64,000 nucleotides of DNA from Tubulanus polymorphus (Eukaryota; Animalia; Nemertea): the NCBI RefSeq assembly GCF_964204645.1, contig NC_134032.1:14248275-14312274 (forward strand), in the 5' to 3' direction. Under the pieces are notes generated by a model, which saw only the letters and a program-made list of their open reading frames with translations, ran no database searches and was not told the origin of the DNA. Every line of letters starts with the position of its first letter. The stretch's first letter is position 1. Of this stretch, positions 14,462 to 27,341 are shown one piece after another. The position numbers and the translations under genes were made by a program.

Positions 14462-14547
14462 GGGCAACGGGTGCAATACAGTCTCATTTGCCCATATACT
14501 ATTGGGCAATACAGTCTCATTTGTCCGTATCGGGCAATACAGTCTCA
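14462..14547. repeat. Short ~29-bp tandem repeat
   Basis: GGGCAATACAGTCTCATTTG-type unit x3. Confidence 0.7.
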
Positions 14548-15149
14548 AGATTTCTTTATATTACCCTTCCGAAATTATATGAGCTAAGAAGAAATTCCAC
14601 AATAAAAATGTCCAACTCAATCCAAGAATCATTAAAGCCTAAAACATCTTCCACGATCCGTGACTAGACCGGTCCTCGTGTAGGACAAACATGCACACCC
14701 TGTGATCACTGGCCTTAATCTCGGGCCCCATCGAAACAAGGGTCCTCCGGTTTCTCCAGGGACGGCTCTGTAACCGACTATTGCTTTAGATTTTTTCTAT
14801 CCAGCGCGGAATAAGATTTTGACAACCGGCCTAACGAGGCCGTGAATCTGGGGAAAGATTACCCCCCCCTCCTGTACTTGTGCCTTCTAGGATCACAATT
14901 TTTTTCTTCATTTTAATTAGATAATGAATTGTCCCCTCATAGTTGCCATCAAATACGTAGCTTTAGAACACCAACATTTCAAAATTCGCCGCGCTAGCCA
15001 AGTCTGTATTCCAAAATTCCTGGCTTCACCCTTGGGTATAGTCATCCCAGCCTAACGGACTCGTCCAGCTTATTCTAATACATATAATTCTTGTCATTTC
15101 AACGTGTTAAATATTTTTCTCATTTATTTAAGGCGAATCATGAGTACAA

Positions 15150-15810
15150 GAGTTTAGGCGAGTCCTTGGTTTTAGGCGAGTCAGGATTCCATGAATTTAG
15201 GTGAGTCATAAGGCAAGTTCTTAACGCATGAATTTTGCCGGGCGAGTCTATGAATTTGTGCAAATGAGGAAGATTTGGTTTGAGGCAGGTTAGTCAATAA
15301 ATTTAGGCAAGTCAGGACTCAACAATTTTAGGCGACTCAGGAGTCCATTAATGCAAGAAGACTTTGCTTTAGGCGAGTCAGGAGTTCATGAATTTAGGGT
15401 AGTAAGACTTGGTTTTAGGCGAGTTTGGAGTCTATGAATTTGAAGGTGAATGAGGAGACCTTGGTTATTCTGATTGTACGTATGTACACATACTATGAAG
15501 TATTGTATTAGTATCAAGCAGTTCAGGAGGAAGTTAATGATTTCAAGCAAGTTTCGGAATATTATTGGTTTTAGCAAAAATACTGTATCTTTGGTTTTAG
15601 GCAGTTCAGGGATCATTAGTTTTGGGGAGTCCATGAACTCAGGCCAGTAAAGAGTCCTTGGATTGAGACAGCAGTGATAGTGGTTAGTCATGTTAGTAAG
15701 GAGTCCTTGGATTGAGACAGCATTGACAGTTAGTCATGTCAGTCAGGAGTCCTGATATAGCCGTCATAGTGGTTAATCATGTTAGTCAGGAGTCCTTGGA
15801 TTGAGTCCTT
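15150..15810. repeat. Degenerate minisatellite
   Basis: Recurrent TTTAGGCGAGTCAGGAG and GAGTCCTTGGATTGAG motifs. Confidence 0.6.
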
Positions 15811-15916
15811 GTAGTCTTCTGGAAGGTGAAAGTCTCGAAATCATCCCCTGAACACCTCACCTCCTTAAGCGAATACCAGTAGAACAATTACGAGAAATCT
15901 GTTTCTGTAACAATAT

Positions 15917-15922
15917 TTTATT
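15917..15922 (-). terminator. Probable SDHA polyadenylation signal AATAAA
   Basis: TTTATT on + strand about 800 nt after the stop codon, at the end of an AT-rich UTR-like stretch. Confidence 0.55.
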
Positions 15923-16723
15923 CTTACTGAATTCATACAATGTCAATGTTACTAATCATAATCATCATACAGAGTGTGTGAGGATCGAAAAATCAATAAA
16001 TAAATCTACCCATAAACTATACAGTCATACATACACGTGTACACGGACAGTATTATCTATCTTGAACTTATGGAGCGAATGATGATGTAAAAAATAACTA
16101 ATCTTACAAACAAACAAAGCTGTTTAATATATATATGTGTACACGACATATACTAACACTGGTGCAAATCTAACCCCTACCGTTAGATAGATTATCAAAT
16201 AAAGCCTTGAATAACTGTTTGTATTACTACATTTTGCGATATATGATTATAGAACAGCCAAACGTTGATTAGATCTAGTACAATAATATAGCACACTAAC
16301 TTGAGTTACCCTCCCCGTTCCCCTCTGGTGTAGTGTCAACAAGGTGAAGGAAGCTCCGAGGGCTTACATATGCAGGGAGCCCTTAGTTCCACAGGGAGGG
16401 AGCCAGTTCGGGGTAGGTTGATTTCGAAAAAGAGACCAAAAAAGAAAAATCACAAAATTTCCAGTCTTAACAATATTTCCGGCAGCGAAAAATTACAATC
16501 GTTTTCATACAATTCTCACAACATCGATAGCAACAGTTAACACTGGTATCCATTGTTAAGGTAAACATCAGTATCCACAGCAACGGGTATATCCCTAACT
16601 GTTTATACTTATACATATATATATATATATATACGTCAAGTAGAAAGCGTTTATAGTTAAGCAGCGAGTCTAGAATTTATCTACAATAACGCGAACGAAC
16701 GTCTAGCTCCATAGCAGCCTTCT

Positions 16724-16810
16724 TTAATACGTTCGAACTTTAGGTGGAACTGATTTGATAACGTTTTCGTCTAGAGTTTTGTCGATGACCGGTCGATAGC
16801 TGATCTTACA
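16724..16810 (-). CDS. SDHA: SDHA exon 14 (terminal coding part)
   Basis: [28 protein letters not shown]-stop. Confidence 0.94.
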   Translation of the reverse strand, partial: CKISYRPVIDKTLDENVIKSVPPKVRTY

Positions 16811-19800
16811 CTGAAACGGAAAATATTAAAATATAATATATAAATTCTCGTTAAAATCTTTTAAGGTGTTTTTTTGGGAGGCTATCCCCTTTAATCCTTG
16901 GTCAAAGCAGAGCTAAAGGCTATGCCTTGTTTCTCATTTCTGCTGCATTTAAAGTTGACCCGGCTGTCCTCCTATTTACCCTGTACATTACTTTAAAATC
17001 TAGATCAAGCTAACAACAGACCAGGGGCCAGTTCCATAGTCGAGACTTAGACTTAAGACCAGTCTAAGACCAACTTGGTTCTATAGCCAATCTAACAACT
17101 TAAGACCAGTCTCAGAATTTAAAACCACTTCTGGACTTAAGTCAAAACTGTGCAACAGGGCCCAGGGGCCGGTTCCATAGTCGAGACTTAAGTCCAAAAG
17201 TGGTCCTAAATCTTAAGCTGTTAGATTAGCTATATAACTAAAAGAGTCTTAGACTAGTCTTAAGTCTAAGTCATGACTATGCAACCGGCCCCTGGCAGAT
17301 ATAGAAATTAACTGATCACAGTTTCTATTACAGTTCACAGAGTAACTCTGCCGATTTTTCAATATCCATAAACGTGTTTATATCTATATACTTGAGTAAT
17401 AAACTTCATTTGTTTTGAAGTTGTTGTTTTTTAAACGTACTTTGCCGGATTTTTCTTCCATATGAATCATCGTATGTTTCCTCCAATGTTCCTCGATTGG
17501 TTTTTTCTTCTGGCCCTCGAGGGTTGGTTTACTGTAGTCAAATTCATCCAATCGATCCTAAAAAAACGGAAACAAATTCAGAAATTTGAAAAGACAGGAC
17601 GGCTACTTTCCACCAACTTCCAAATTCCCAGATTTAACCATATCATAAGGGGTCATTCATTTATTACGTACGCATTAGGGGAGGGGGAAGTGTCAATTGC
17701 GTACTGTAATGCTTAATGTATATGAAAAAATGGCAGGTTGAAAAAGTCAAATTTCATGCATAACGTAATAAATGAATGACCCCTAAGACCAAATTCCCGA
17801 AGTTAGAAATTCTCTGAGGATTGAGGTTTTATGGAACTTCTTACTGACAAAATCTACCGCTTCTATCATTCCAGTTACCGGTACATAGATAAATAAAAAA
17901 TTCCCAGGTTTTTCCCAAGAATTTTCAATTTTCCTTAATAGAAATGATGAGTTCATTATGCTAACAGTACACATTTTAGCGGTGACTGGTTGATAAAGGT
18001 GATTTTCAAGAGAAATCGCTGAAGAAAGTTGCACTTGGGAAATGCAATACGTGAAACGTAAATGAATTTCCTAAATATTTCCCTGTTTTGAGGAATATTT
18101 TTCAAATTCCCAAATATTTCCTAAACGGGAATTATTATTTCAAAATTCCAAAGTTTTTCCCGATTTCCCTGTTGTGTGGGAGTTTGTCGAAGTGAACCTG
18201 GTTGAAACGAACCTTGAAATCCTCTCTAGAATGAGCTCCACGACTTTCTTTACGGTTCTCCGCCGAAACGATCGTCTGCACAGCGTTCAACATCAAATTC
18301 TGTAATTCTAACGTTTCGACCAAATCCGAATTCCAGATCATTCCACGATCGGTGACCTACAAATATATTCAATACGTAAATCCGACTGCGGCAACTGAGG
18401 ATACCACCAGCGAGGGTCCACCAGGTGGTGCTCTGGTACCGGCTTACTATCCCAGATTCAATTAAAATCTAGCAACAATTTCTAAATTTCTACGAATGAT
18501 GGATTAAGATAGCGCTTTATCTGAACCCTAAAAGATAAATACCAGTTTATAGAGACACAGTTTGCATAATTTCAGACATGGGAGGCTAAAATCTTGATGA
18601 AAGTGAAAAGAAAATTTTAAATTCATTGAGTTGATAAGTTTATTTACTCTCCTACTATTTCCATGTCACATGGAGGGCGAAAATATTTTGCCTTCTGATA
18701 CACACGCCACCTAGTAGGATAGCTGGTTGCACTGGCAGTCCTCATTAATATAACTATTACAGAGTCAGATTAATGTTAGTATCAGCCAGTAGGCAGAGCC
18801 ACCACGTGGTATAACCTTATATATTGTAAATAGCATGTATTATATAAGCGTGAGCCCGGTTTATTTAGTTTAAAAGATGAAATAAACTGTAAATACTGTT
18901 TATTCCTCCATATACCATGGAAATGGTGTGAGTGTAATAAATATTTGTATTCCTACCTTAAGGTCTGCCATATTCTGATAGATATTGTCCATTTTTTGGC
19001 ATCCTTCTTTTAGAGATGGCCCATCACGGAATACAGCTGCATGCTCCTGCATTGCCTACAAACATAACAAACAAACTCACTATCATTCCCAAAAACTAAA
19101 CTAGCTCTCTCTTACTTATAAGGCACAAACGTTTTTTTTTTTTTTTTTGGAATACTCAAAATAACTTGGAAGAACTCTTTTAGAACCCAGGGGCCAATTG
19201 CACGGGTCGTCTAAAATCAGACCAGTCTAAGAGTAAGACCATCTAAGTTATATATAACCATCAAAGAATTTGAGACCAGCTCTTTCGAGACCAACAGCCA
19301 ATTGACAACTTCAGACTAGTCTAAGCTCATTTTGATTCTATAGGCTATAGAACGAAATGAGCTTGGACAGGTCTTATTAAGTTGTTAGATTGTCATTGAT
19401 TTAAAACCACTCCTTGACTCCATGAGCACTACTGGGCCAAAATTCGGTTTAACACTTCATGGCGTAACTCAAGCTCACTTTCAATCGATGAGTTGAACAC
19501 TACTAAGATCTCTGGCTCACAGCTGTGGAACCCACTGCAGCCTATCTATTCAACTGATAGATTAGAATTCAAAACACTTACTTTTTGCATATCGAGTCTT
19601 AAATCAGCTGTAGGTGTTTTTCCGTCCATGTACCGAATCTTATCCAAATTAGCAACAGATTCTTCACCAGCGTTCTATAAATAGAATAATCATACAGTAG
19701 CGACACCTATCTATCAGCGAGACAACTACAACAAGGGTTATTACTGATCAGGAAATCACAAATTATTTTCCCTGACCCTTGACCAAAAAATATCCTGATT

Positions 19801-22800
19801 AAATTATAAGATATCCTCAGTGGGGGCTGTTTCTTATCAAGAGGTTCCTTGTGCCACTCGTCACCAGCAAGAACGAGAAACCAAAAATTCAAATTCCCTG
19901 ATAAAGTTACGAGATATCCTCAGTGAGGGCTGTTTTTTTTCAAGAGGTTCCTTGTGTCACTCGTCACCAGCAAGAACAAGACACCAAAATTTCCCTGAAT
20001 AAATTATAAGATATCCTCAGTGAGAGCTGTTTCTTATCAAGAGGTTCCTTGGGTCACCAGCAAGAACAAGACACCAAAAATTCAAATTCTCTGATTAAAT
20101 TATAAGATATCCTCAGTGAGAGCTGTTTCTTATCAAGAGGTTCCTTGGGTCACCAGCAAGAACAAGACACCAAAAATTCAAATTCTCTGATTAAATTATA
20201 AGATATCCTCAGTGAGAGCTGTTTCTTATCAAGCGGTTCCTTGGGTCACCAGCAAGAACAAGACACCAAAAATTCAAATTCTCTGATTAAATTATAAGAT
20301 ATCTTCAGTGAGGGCTGTTTCTTATCAAAAGGTTCCTTGTGTCACTCGTCACCAGCAAGAACAACAAGACACCAAAAAATTCAAATTTCCCTGATTAAAT
20401 TATAGGATATCTTCATTGAGGGCTGTTTCTTATCAAGCGGTACCTTGTGTCACCAGCAAGAACAACAAGACACCAAAAATTCAAATTCTATGATTTTAAG
20501 TTTTAAGAAAAGACTCAGAATTCCCCTGTTTTCTCTGCAAGAAAAAATAAACAGGATTTCCCTGTACTACAATGAAGAATATGATAATTCTGACCTGTTT
20601 TAGTTCCGGTAATTTATCACCGGGTTTATCCTGTTCGATGATTGTATTAGCGCAGGCTCGACCGAATATAACCAGATCTAACAATGAGTTAGCTCCTAGA
20701 CGATTAGCTCCGTGAACAGACGCGCACGCCACCTCTCCGGCAGCGTATAGACCGGGTACTACAACATCGTCGCCTTTCTTCTCGTCGAACTGGATCACCT
20801 ACAATCACAATGTATCAAATATACATCGATGAACACTATCGTATCTACCAGGGATCAGATTGATGAAATCATGTATTTTCACATTTTTGATTGGCAGTTT
20901 TCAATTTTCAATTTCACACACCTAATGCATAAGTTCTGGCATTAGAGGGGATGAAATATTTTGAGACGTTTTTCATGAATTTTTCATACTAATATTTTCA
21001 TGATTTTTTGAATAGATTCTTCACATCAATCTTATTTCAATGTAGCATATATCAAGTGAAAGATTGAACCCAATGTTTCGAGATGGATCATAAGAGAACC
21101 CTGATTTATCGTTTACGTTGAATGAACCATGTTTTTGAATGAACCTTACCTGTCCCTTGTAGTTGGTAGGAACGCCGCCCATGTTATAATGAACGGTAGG
21201 TAGAACGGGTATCGGTTCTCGGGTGGCGTCGACGCCCGCGAAGATATGAGCCGTTTCCATGATACCCGGCAATCTACTGTGTAGGATATCGGCTGGGATA
21301 TGTGATAGTTTCAAATAGACGTGATCTTTCTCCGCACCAACTCCTCTACAATTAATAAACCACGACTCTAAATTATAGTGGGGCTGGAGACATTTCAGCG
21401 ATTGGTTCCCCTCACCCTCACAGGGGTATTGCCGGGTCCATATAGATCTGTCATCCCAGAATTCAAGGTCTTTTCAAGCAGAAAATTTCAAAGTTTGAAG
21501 AGTGTCTGTATCACTTTCATCCCAATTACTGTAGGAATCTGTGGAATCTGTGTATACAATAACTAGGCCTAAAATTTCTCAAAATTCAAGGACTTTGGGA
21601 CATTTTGCTCAAATTCAAGAATATTCAAAGACCTTTAAAAGGCATTTTTTGATTAGGAGTTTTCAAGGGGAATCAAGGAGTCGTAGGAAACCTGTATTGT
21701 TAGCAGGTTAAAAGTCCCTATTTCCCCTCAAACAGGGTATTAGTAGCTGGGTTAAGTTTTTTCTAGTTGAGGGGGTAGGAGCCACAGAAGAACCTGTTTG
21801 AAGAAGAAACTCTCACTACCAACCACCATTAGAGACGCAAATACTTCTCTTGCCTGCCCTCCCTAATAACAATGGTACTAGGCCATCGACAGGGCATACC
21901 CTACTTCTCGTACCTACCCTCCCTAATTTCGATGGTACTAGCTCGCATACAGGCCCTTATAGTCCACTTACCTGCCCTCCCTAATTTCGATGGTACTAGC
22001 CCGTGATACGACATCACGCGAGGCTAAATCTTTAGCATTTGGAGCGTAGCGTTCCATATAACGTTCACCCTCGGAGTTGATCAGATATCCGCCCTCTCCG
22101 CGACTGCCTTCCGTTATCAAACATCCAGCTCCGTATATACCTATAAATACACAGCAGACGCATTCATTATCAGTACCACAGCGGGCGGAGTTATCGCGTT
22201 TGATTGACATTTGGTAAACACGATAGTTCATTAAAACGGACTACACGGGGTGTTAACCAGGTTAAAAAAACTTTTAATCACATAACACCAATCACAGGTC
22301 TAACGTTAAGAGCTAAACCCAGTCAGACAAGACCATATGGATTGTTGCGAATCTGAGCACCCAGAGATCTTTAACCCAGGGATTTTTAACACCACAAACC
22401 CAGTGGGCCTTAAAAGGGAGATTACTGAGCACCCAGAGATTGGCAATGCAAACCCCAGTGGGCCTCAAAAGGGGAGATTAGAGGAATGGGCTTAATCACC
22501 TAGTCAGACTAAGTCCATGGATTGTTGTCAACCCAGAGATTAGGATTTTCGAACCCAGTGGGCCTTATAAGGAGTGAGGCCTTATAAGGAGAAGTGGGCT
22601 TATTCTCACCTGTTGGGTGGAACTGTACGAATTCCATATCCTCATTGGCTAAACCAGCTCTGGTAACCATAGCGGTTCCGTCACCGGTACAAGTGTGAGC
22701 AGACGTACAAGAGAAATACGTTCGGCCGTAGCCTCTGTAATATAATATCGAAAACCATTTGAAATCGATCAGTTATTTGGTGAAACCCTAAAAACCCAAT

Positions 22801-25800
22801 AAATAAACCGACAATAATGCTATTTCAAAGTTTAGAGATTAGTCTAATAATAATAATGTCACATTTATATAGCGCCTGTTTCACTTATAATAATGTTCAC
22901 CAGCGCTTTGTAAGGTAGTGGTGCTGAATTCACCGAGCATAGGCTTTGCAGAAAAGCAAATGTTTTACTCTCTGTTTGAAAGTGTTGATTTCAGTTATAT
23001 TGCGTATATTTGCGTCGAGAGAGTTCCACAGAGTTGGAGCAATACATTGGAAGCTACGTCCACCATATGTTTTAAGACTATACTAACTCAAGTCTATACC
23101 AACTTGACTTGCTTCCCGCTCCCGACTAGGCCTATACCCTGACATGCACGTTCCTGACTTGATCTGCTATGAATCCAATCAATCCACCCGACTAGGCCTA
23201 TACCCTGACATGCACGTTCCTGACTTGATCTGCTATGAATCCAATCAATCCACCCGACTAGGCCTATACCCTGACATGCACGTTCCTGACTTGATCTGCT
23301 ATGAATCCAATCAATCCACCCGACTAGGCCTATACCCTGACATGCACGTTCCTGACTTGATCTGCTATGAATCCAATCAATCCACCCGACTAGGCCTATA
23401 CCCTGACATACACGTTCCTGACTTGATCTGCTATGAATCCAATCAATTATCGCAGTCAAATAATACGTAAGACATAGTAAGGAATCAGTTTAATTTAACG
23501 TGCGATCTAGCATTCTCAACATATTTCTCTGATCTTAGCTTTTTTTTCAAAATCCCCTGTTCCATAGTTGAGACCAAACGTGGTCTTAAGCTGTTTCATT
23601 AGCTCAGGGGCCGGTTGCATAGTCATGGCTTAGACTTAAGACCAGTCTAAGACCAACTTGGTTCTATAGCCAATCTAACAACTTAAGACCAGTCTTAAGA
23701 TTTAAGACCACTTTTTGACTTAAGTCACGACTGTGCAACTGGTCCCTGGAACTAAAAGATGGTCTTAAACTGGTCTTAAGATCTCTAAACCTTGACTTTC
23801 TAATATGCTTTATACGTTGATGTTAATCATTCAGAGAATATATTTGATATGATCTTATTAGAAAAACAGTAACCGCAAACGTGACGGTAGTAACACGATT
23901 ACCGCTTCCCGGAAGATGGAATTTCGAGTTTACTAACGAACCAAAATGAAACTTACCCGGTGGCCAAGATAGTGTTCTTACATCTGAACCGGTGAATAGA
24001 ACCGTCCTCCAAACACAGAGCGATCAAACCGACACATTTACCGTTATCCATCAGTAAATCCAACGCCTGATACTCGATGAAGTAAAACATGTTGTCATAT
24101 TTCAACGACTGAAAATATATAAAATCATTTTACCATATTTTTTTTTGAATATCTGGTTCTTCTACAATAATAGTGGATTTCGCTTGTGGTAAGCAAGGAT
24201 CCACCAACAGGTGTCACTACTGCACATTTGGATGATGCCATTTCTTAGATACAATTAAAATATATCGAGGGCAGATGTAGAGGGATGGACCGAGTGGGCT
24301 GGTCGATCCCCTTAAAAATTGGAATTTTTTTTGCAATGAAAATTCTTAAAACTAAATCTAAATGAGCTTTGCCTTTAATTTCCTATGGGAGAGCCATCAA
24401 TGTCTTGCTTGCAGCCCTCGTATTGAATCTACCCTCCTCCAGTGCTCGTTAAATTTTCAGAGGTTGCTACATAAACTTCATCATTTTCAGATTATCAAGA
24501 CACGTGAATAGCATTATTTCTGAGACTTTAAAATCTAGAATCGAATGTTGACTGAAAAATGAACTTAAGTTCGACTGAATTGCGGGAAAGCTTCTGACAC
24601 GAGTGCCTCAACCTCTCAGTGGGCGGTGGGAGAGCATATGATGAACATATTATTTTTATTATCAATATCTAATAATGACAGTATGTTAATAATTAACCGA
24701 CTGTTAACAACCGCGTCCTGGAAGACCTAACATCTCGATGTAGCTTCCTCTCAACACTTACCCTTCCGTACAACGTATGTAACATGCTGTGACCGGTACG
24801 ATCAGCCACCGCGCAGCACCTGTGAGCCTGACCTCCTTTACCGTAATTAATACTCTGACCTCCGAACGCTCGCTGGTAGATTTTACCATTCTCCAAACGA
24901 CTGAACGGCATTCCGTAATTCTCCAACTGAAATGACAACGATGAAGATTTACGATCATTTACGAAGAATTTATAGGAAAATTGAAAATGACCTGGTAATT
25001 GTCAAGTTATTTCATCGGAAATTTCTTCAGCACAATAGCTCTGGTCCTGTTTAACCCTTTCAGTGCGTCTACATTGCAGTGCGGTGTATAAATCGGTGAT
25101 GGACTTAGCTTGTACACAGCATCGTGGTGTATTAGTAATTAGTTTTTATACTTGTTAAAAGATGGCAGCACCTGTTAAATGTGACGGATCATTAGTTACT
25201 AGTGATACACCGCACTGCAGTGTAGGCGCACTATAGTCGAATGTCTGTTGTTCAACACACTGGGGTGCAATATCTAAATAATTTCAAATGACCTCAAGCA
25301 CTTTAGGGTATCAATTATCAATTAGCCTGAAAGGGTTCACAGTTGCATGTTCAGGGACTGACAAGGAAGACACCTCTATAGGTCTCATAAAGTAACATTA
25401 CTATTTTGTGTAAAAATTCTCATTTAGTCTTCTATCTATCGGACATACCTCAATAACGGCTTGCGGAGCCTCTTCGGTCATATAGTGAATAGCGTCCTGA
25501 TCTCCCAACCAATCAGATCCCTTCACTGTGTCATACATGTGATACTTCCAGTCATCCTCTTCCATATTACCTAACGCTGCGTTTATACCTCCCTGAAAAA
25601 CAACGAAGACATTTCTTCAAAAATTGAGATATCAGACTAATAATTGATATACCACTTCGACACAGAATGGAGACATAAGTGACATACTACATCAAAAAAT
25701 TGAGATATCCCAAAATGAATTAACATATCATTCAAAAAGTTGAGATATCATTTAAAGAATGGAAATATTGACCAAACAGATCTAAGCATCATGAAAAATT

Positions 25801-27341
25801 TAGATATCTTTGACAAGATATCGACCAATAAGAATTAGATACCTCAATTAAAATTATCAGATATGTCCAAATACGAAAATAACCCGAGATCAACGGCAAA
25901 AATTCAAATTTGTAGGATTTTTTATGGAAACTTTAATATTCAGAGGCATTTTGCAAATCTTGATTCAGATCTTATAACATTTTACATCGTTCTTTTGTAT
26001 TCCCGAGTCTGAACCCCTTATATCGATCGGAGTGTTTCTTCAACCTCACGACGTCGAGATTGTTCATTAAACCTCACGACAGGACAACAGTCTTAGTAGT
26101 GTTGCCCACGGACTGTACGCAGCCAGCAGTTAGTGAGCCCGCTTATCTCACGCAGCACTCTGATACTGGAACCTATTTGATTGTTCATTAAACCTCACGA
26201 CAGGACAACAGTCTTAGTAGCGCTGCCCACGGACTGTACGCAGCCAGCAGTTAGTGATCCCGCTTATCTCACGCAGCACTCTGATACTGGAACCTATTTG
26301 ATTGTTCATTTACCCTCACGACAGGACCATAGTCTTTGGAACCCGCACAGCTGGGCCCAGTTTCACAAACAAGTTAAACTCAAATTTTTGGTGTAATTGC
26401 CATTGGTAACTTCATGTTTTCAATGAGGACAACAATTAAAACATAACTGTTTTAGGCTTAAACTTTTTTGTGAAACCGGGCCCAGGACTTGAACCCCTCA
26501 GTACCGATAACGACTACATTACACCTTATTCCGCTAACTAACCCTACTGACTAATTACCTGTGCAGCAACAGTGTGAGATCTAGTCGGGAATAGTTTTGT
26601 AACGCAAGCCGTTTTAAATCCTTCCTTCGCAAGTCCGAACGCAGCCCGGAGACCGGCGCCCCCTGCCCCGACAACGACGGCATCGTAAGTGTGATCTACG
26701 ATCGGGTAGTCCCGAGAAACCTGACCCGACGACACTCCAGCTGCTCCGCTGTTACGACCTTGAACTCGGAAACTGAAATCGCGACTTGCAGCAGCGATCG
26801 GTCGCGTCAGTGACGAAAACTAGAATATAAGAAATAAATATTTTTTAAATAATTCAAAATTTTCAGTAAAAAGGTAAAAAGCAATTTCATCATTTGAAAA
26901 TGGATAAAAGCCGATGCAGAAAATTTGTTAGCCTATTATGAAATCCAACTTTATGTAACACTTTTCAGAGGTAGGTTATGTAATGTCATTTCAAATTATT
27001 CCATCTAAGTCTAAGTTAAACATGAAAATGATGGTAAAATTTTGCCGTTAGAATTAGGAATTATTATTTCAATTGGATAAAATTTGCACTAGACAGCCGA
27101 AAATGTGAAAAAGTCACTTGGTTTTTTGCCCAAGGTCAAACTGATTTCACAATTCTGTCACGTTCTAAGCTCAGTTTAAACTAAATTCGCGAGCGATCTT
27201 TAATCAATTCTGGACGGAAATTGGTTAAAGAACAGATTCTAAATTCGATAACATTAAAATCGAGTCAATCCCAATGCTTACCACATTTTTCTGGGCAATT
27301 TTAGCCCTAAGTACGGACGAAACATTCAACACGGAAGCCAT
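16724..27341 (-). CDS. SDHA: Succinate dehydrogenase flavoprotein subunit, mitochondrial; 14 coding exons, 2016 nt, 671 aa
   Basis: Exons 27282-27341, 26559-26819, 25449-25592, 24762-24926, 23957-24108, 22610-22734, 21972-22140, 21150-21345, 20595-20798, 19582-19674, 18957-19055, 18213-18356, 17441-17557, 16724-16810 join in frame through GT-AG introns. Motifs: [19 protein letters not shown] (FAD-linked His), [31 protein letters not shown]; N-terminus resembles a mitochondrial presequence. Confidence 0.97.
17023..17294. mobile_element. Two oppositely oriented copies of a ~140-bp MITE
   Basis: GGGGCC(A/G)GTT(C/G)CATAGT termini and CTTAAGACCAGT core; related copies at 19189-19438, 23605-23748 and the window end. 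Confidence 0.75.
17441..17557 (-). CDS. SDHA: SDHA exon 13
   Basis: [29 protein letters not shown]... Confidence 0.94.
17649..17783. mobile_element. PIF/Harbinger-type MITE
   Basis: 21-bp perfect TIR GGGGTCATTCATTTATTACGT; TAA on both flanks. Confidence 0.85.
18213..18356 (-). CDS. SDHA: SDHA exon 12
   Basis: [22 protein letters not shown]...[14 protein letters not shown]. Confidence 0.96.
18957..19055 (-). CDS. SDHA: SDHA exon 11
   Basis: [33 protein letters not shown]. Confidence 0.94.
19189..19438. mobile_element. Degenerate MITE, family of 17023-17294
   Basis: GGGGCCAATTGCAC...ACTGGGCC termini, AGACCAGTCTAAG core. Confidence 0.55.
19582..19674 (-). CDS. SDHA: SDHA exon 10
   Basis: [31 protein letters not shown]. 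Confidence 0.94.
19790..20492. repeat. ~96-bp tandem repeat x7 in SDHA intron 9
   Basis: GATATCCTCAGTG recurs at ~96-108-bp spacing. Confidence 0.9.
20595..20798 (-). CDS. SDHA: SDHA exon 9
   Basis: [35 protein letters not shown]. Confidence 0.96.
21150..21345 (-). CDS. SDHA: SDHA exon 8
   Basis: [15 protein letters not shown]...[20 protein letters not shown]. Confidence 0.96.
21972..22140 (-). CDS. SDHA: SDHA exon 7
   Basis: [18 protein letters not shown]...[20 protein letters not shown]. Confidence 0.96.
22610..22734 (-). CDS. SDHA: SDHA exon 6
   Basis: [19 protein letters not shown]...MEFVQFHPT. Confidence 0.96.
22846..23100 (-). mobile_element. L2-like LINE 3' fragment
   Basis: Minus strand reads [29 protein letters not shown], then AAAGCGC...GCGCTATATAAAT and (ATT)n tail; second copy at 58618-58750. 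Confidence 0.75.
23121..23446. repeat. 66-bp tandem repeat x5
   Basis: CCCGACTAGGCCTATACCCTGAC starts at 23121, 23187, 23253, 23319, 23385. Confidence 0.95.
23605..23748. mobile_element. ~140-bp MITE
   Basis: GGGGCCGGTTGCATAGTC...GACTGTGCAACTGGTCCC inverted ends; same family as 17023. Confidence 0.8.
23957..24108 (-). CDS. SDHA: SDHA exon 5
   Basis: [20 protein letters not shown]...KNTILATG. Confidence 0.95.
24762..24926 (-). CDS. SDHA: SDHA exon 4
   Basis: [10 protein letters not shown]...QRAFGGQS...[15 protein letters not shown]. Confidence 0.96.
25055..25335. mobile_element. piggyBac-like MITE
   Basis: TTAA|CCCTTTCAG...CTGAAAGGG|TTCA; internal inverted repeat CTACATTGCAGTGCGGTGTA / TACACCGCACTGCAGTGTAG. 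Confidence 0.7.
25449..25592 (-). CDS. SDHA: SDHA exon 3
   Basis: [38 protein letters not shown]... Confidence 0.96.
26058..26324. repeat. 121-bp tandem repeat x2.2
   Basis: GATTGTTCATT at 26058, 26179, 26300. Confidence 0.85.
26351..26484. mobile_element. MITE with inverted termini
   Basis: CTGGGCCCAGTTTCACAAA ... TTTGTGAAACCGGGCCCAG. Confidence 0.75.
26559..26819 (-). CDS. SDHA: SDHA exon 2
   Basis: FSSLTRP...[16 protein letters not shown]...RSHTVAAQ; AG/GT boundaries. Confidence 0.93.
27282..27341 (-). CDS. SDHA: SDHA exon 1 ([20 protein letters not shown])
   Basis: ATG at 27341, GTAAGC donor, phase 0 fits exon 2. Confidence 0.85.

Noticed and set aside
13689-14667. Overlapping plus-strand ORFs of 143, 67 and 118 aa
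   Set aside because: No recognisable motifs or consistent splice signals; likely chance ORFs in CpG-rich or repeat-derived DNA.
18418-18431. CTCF-like CCACCAGGTGGTGC in SDHA intron 11
   Set aside because: A single short motif match cannot be supported without binding data.
23094-23470. 121-aa and 108-aa repetitive ORFs in SDHA intron 5
   Set aside because: Arise from the 66-bp tandem repeat.
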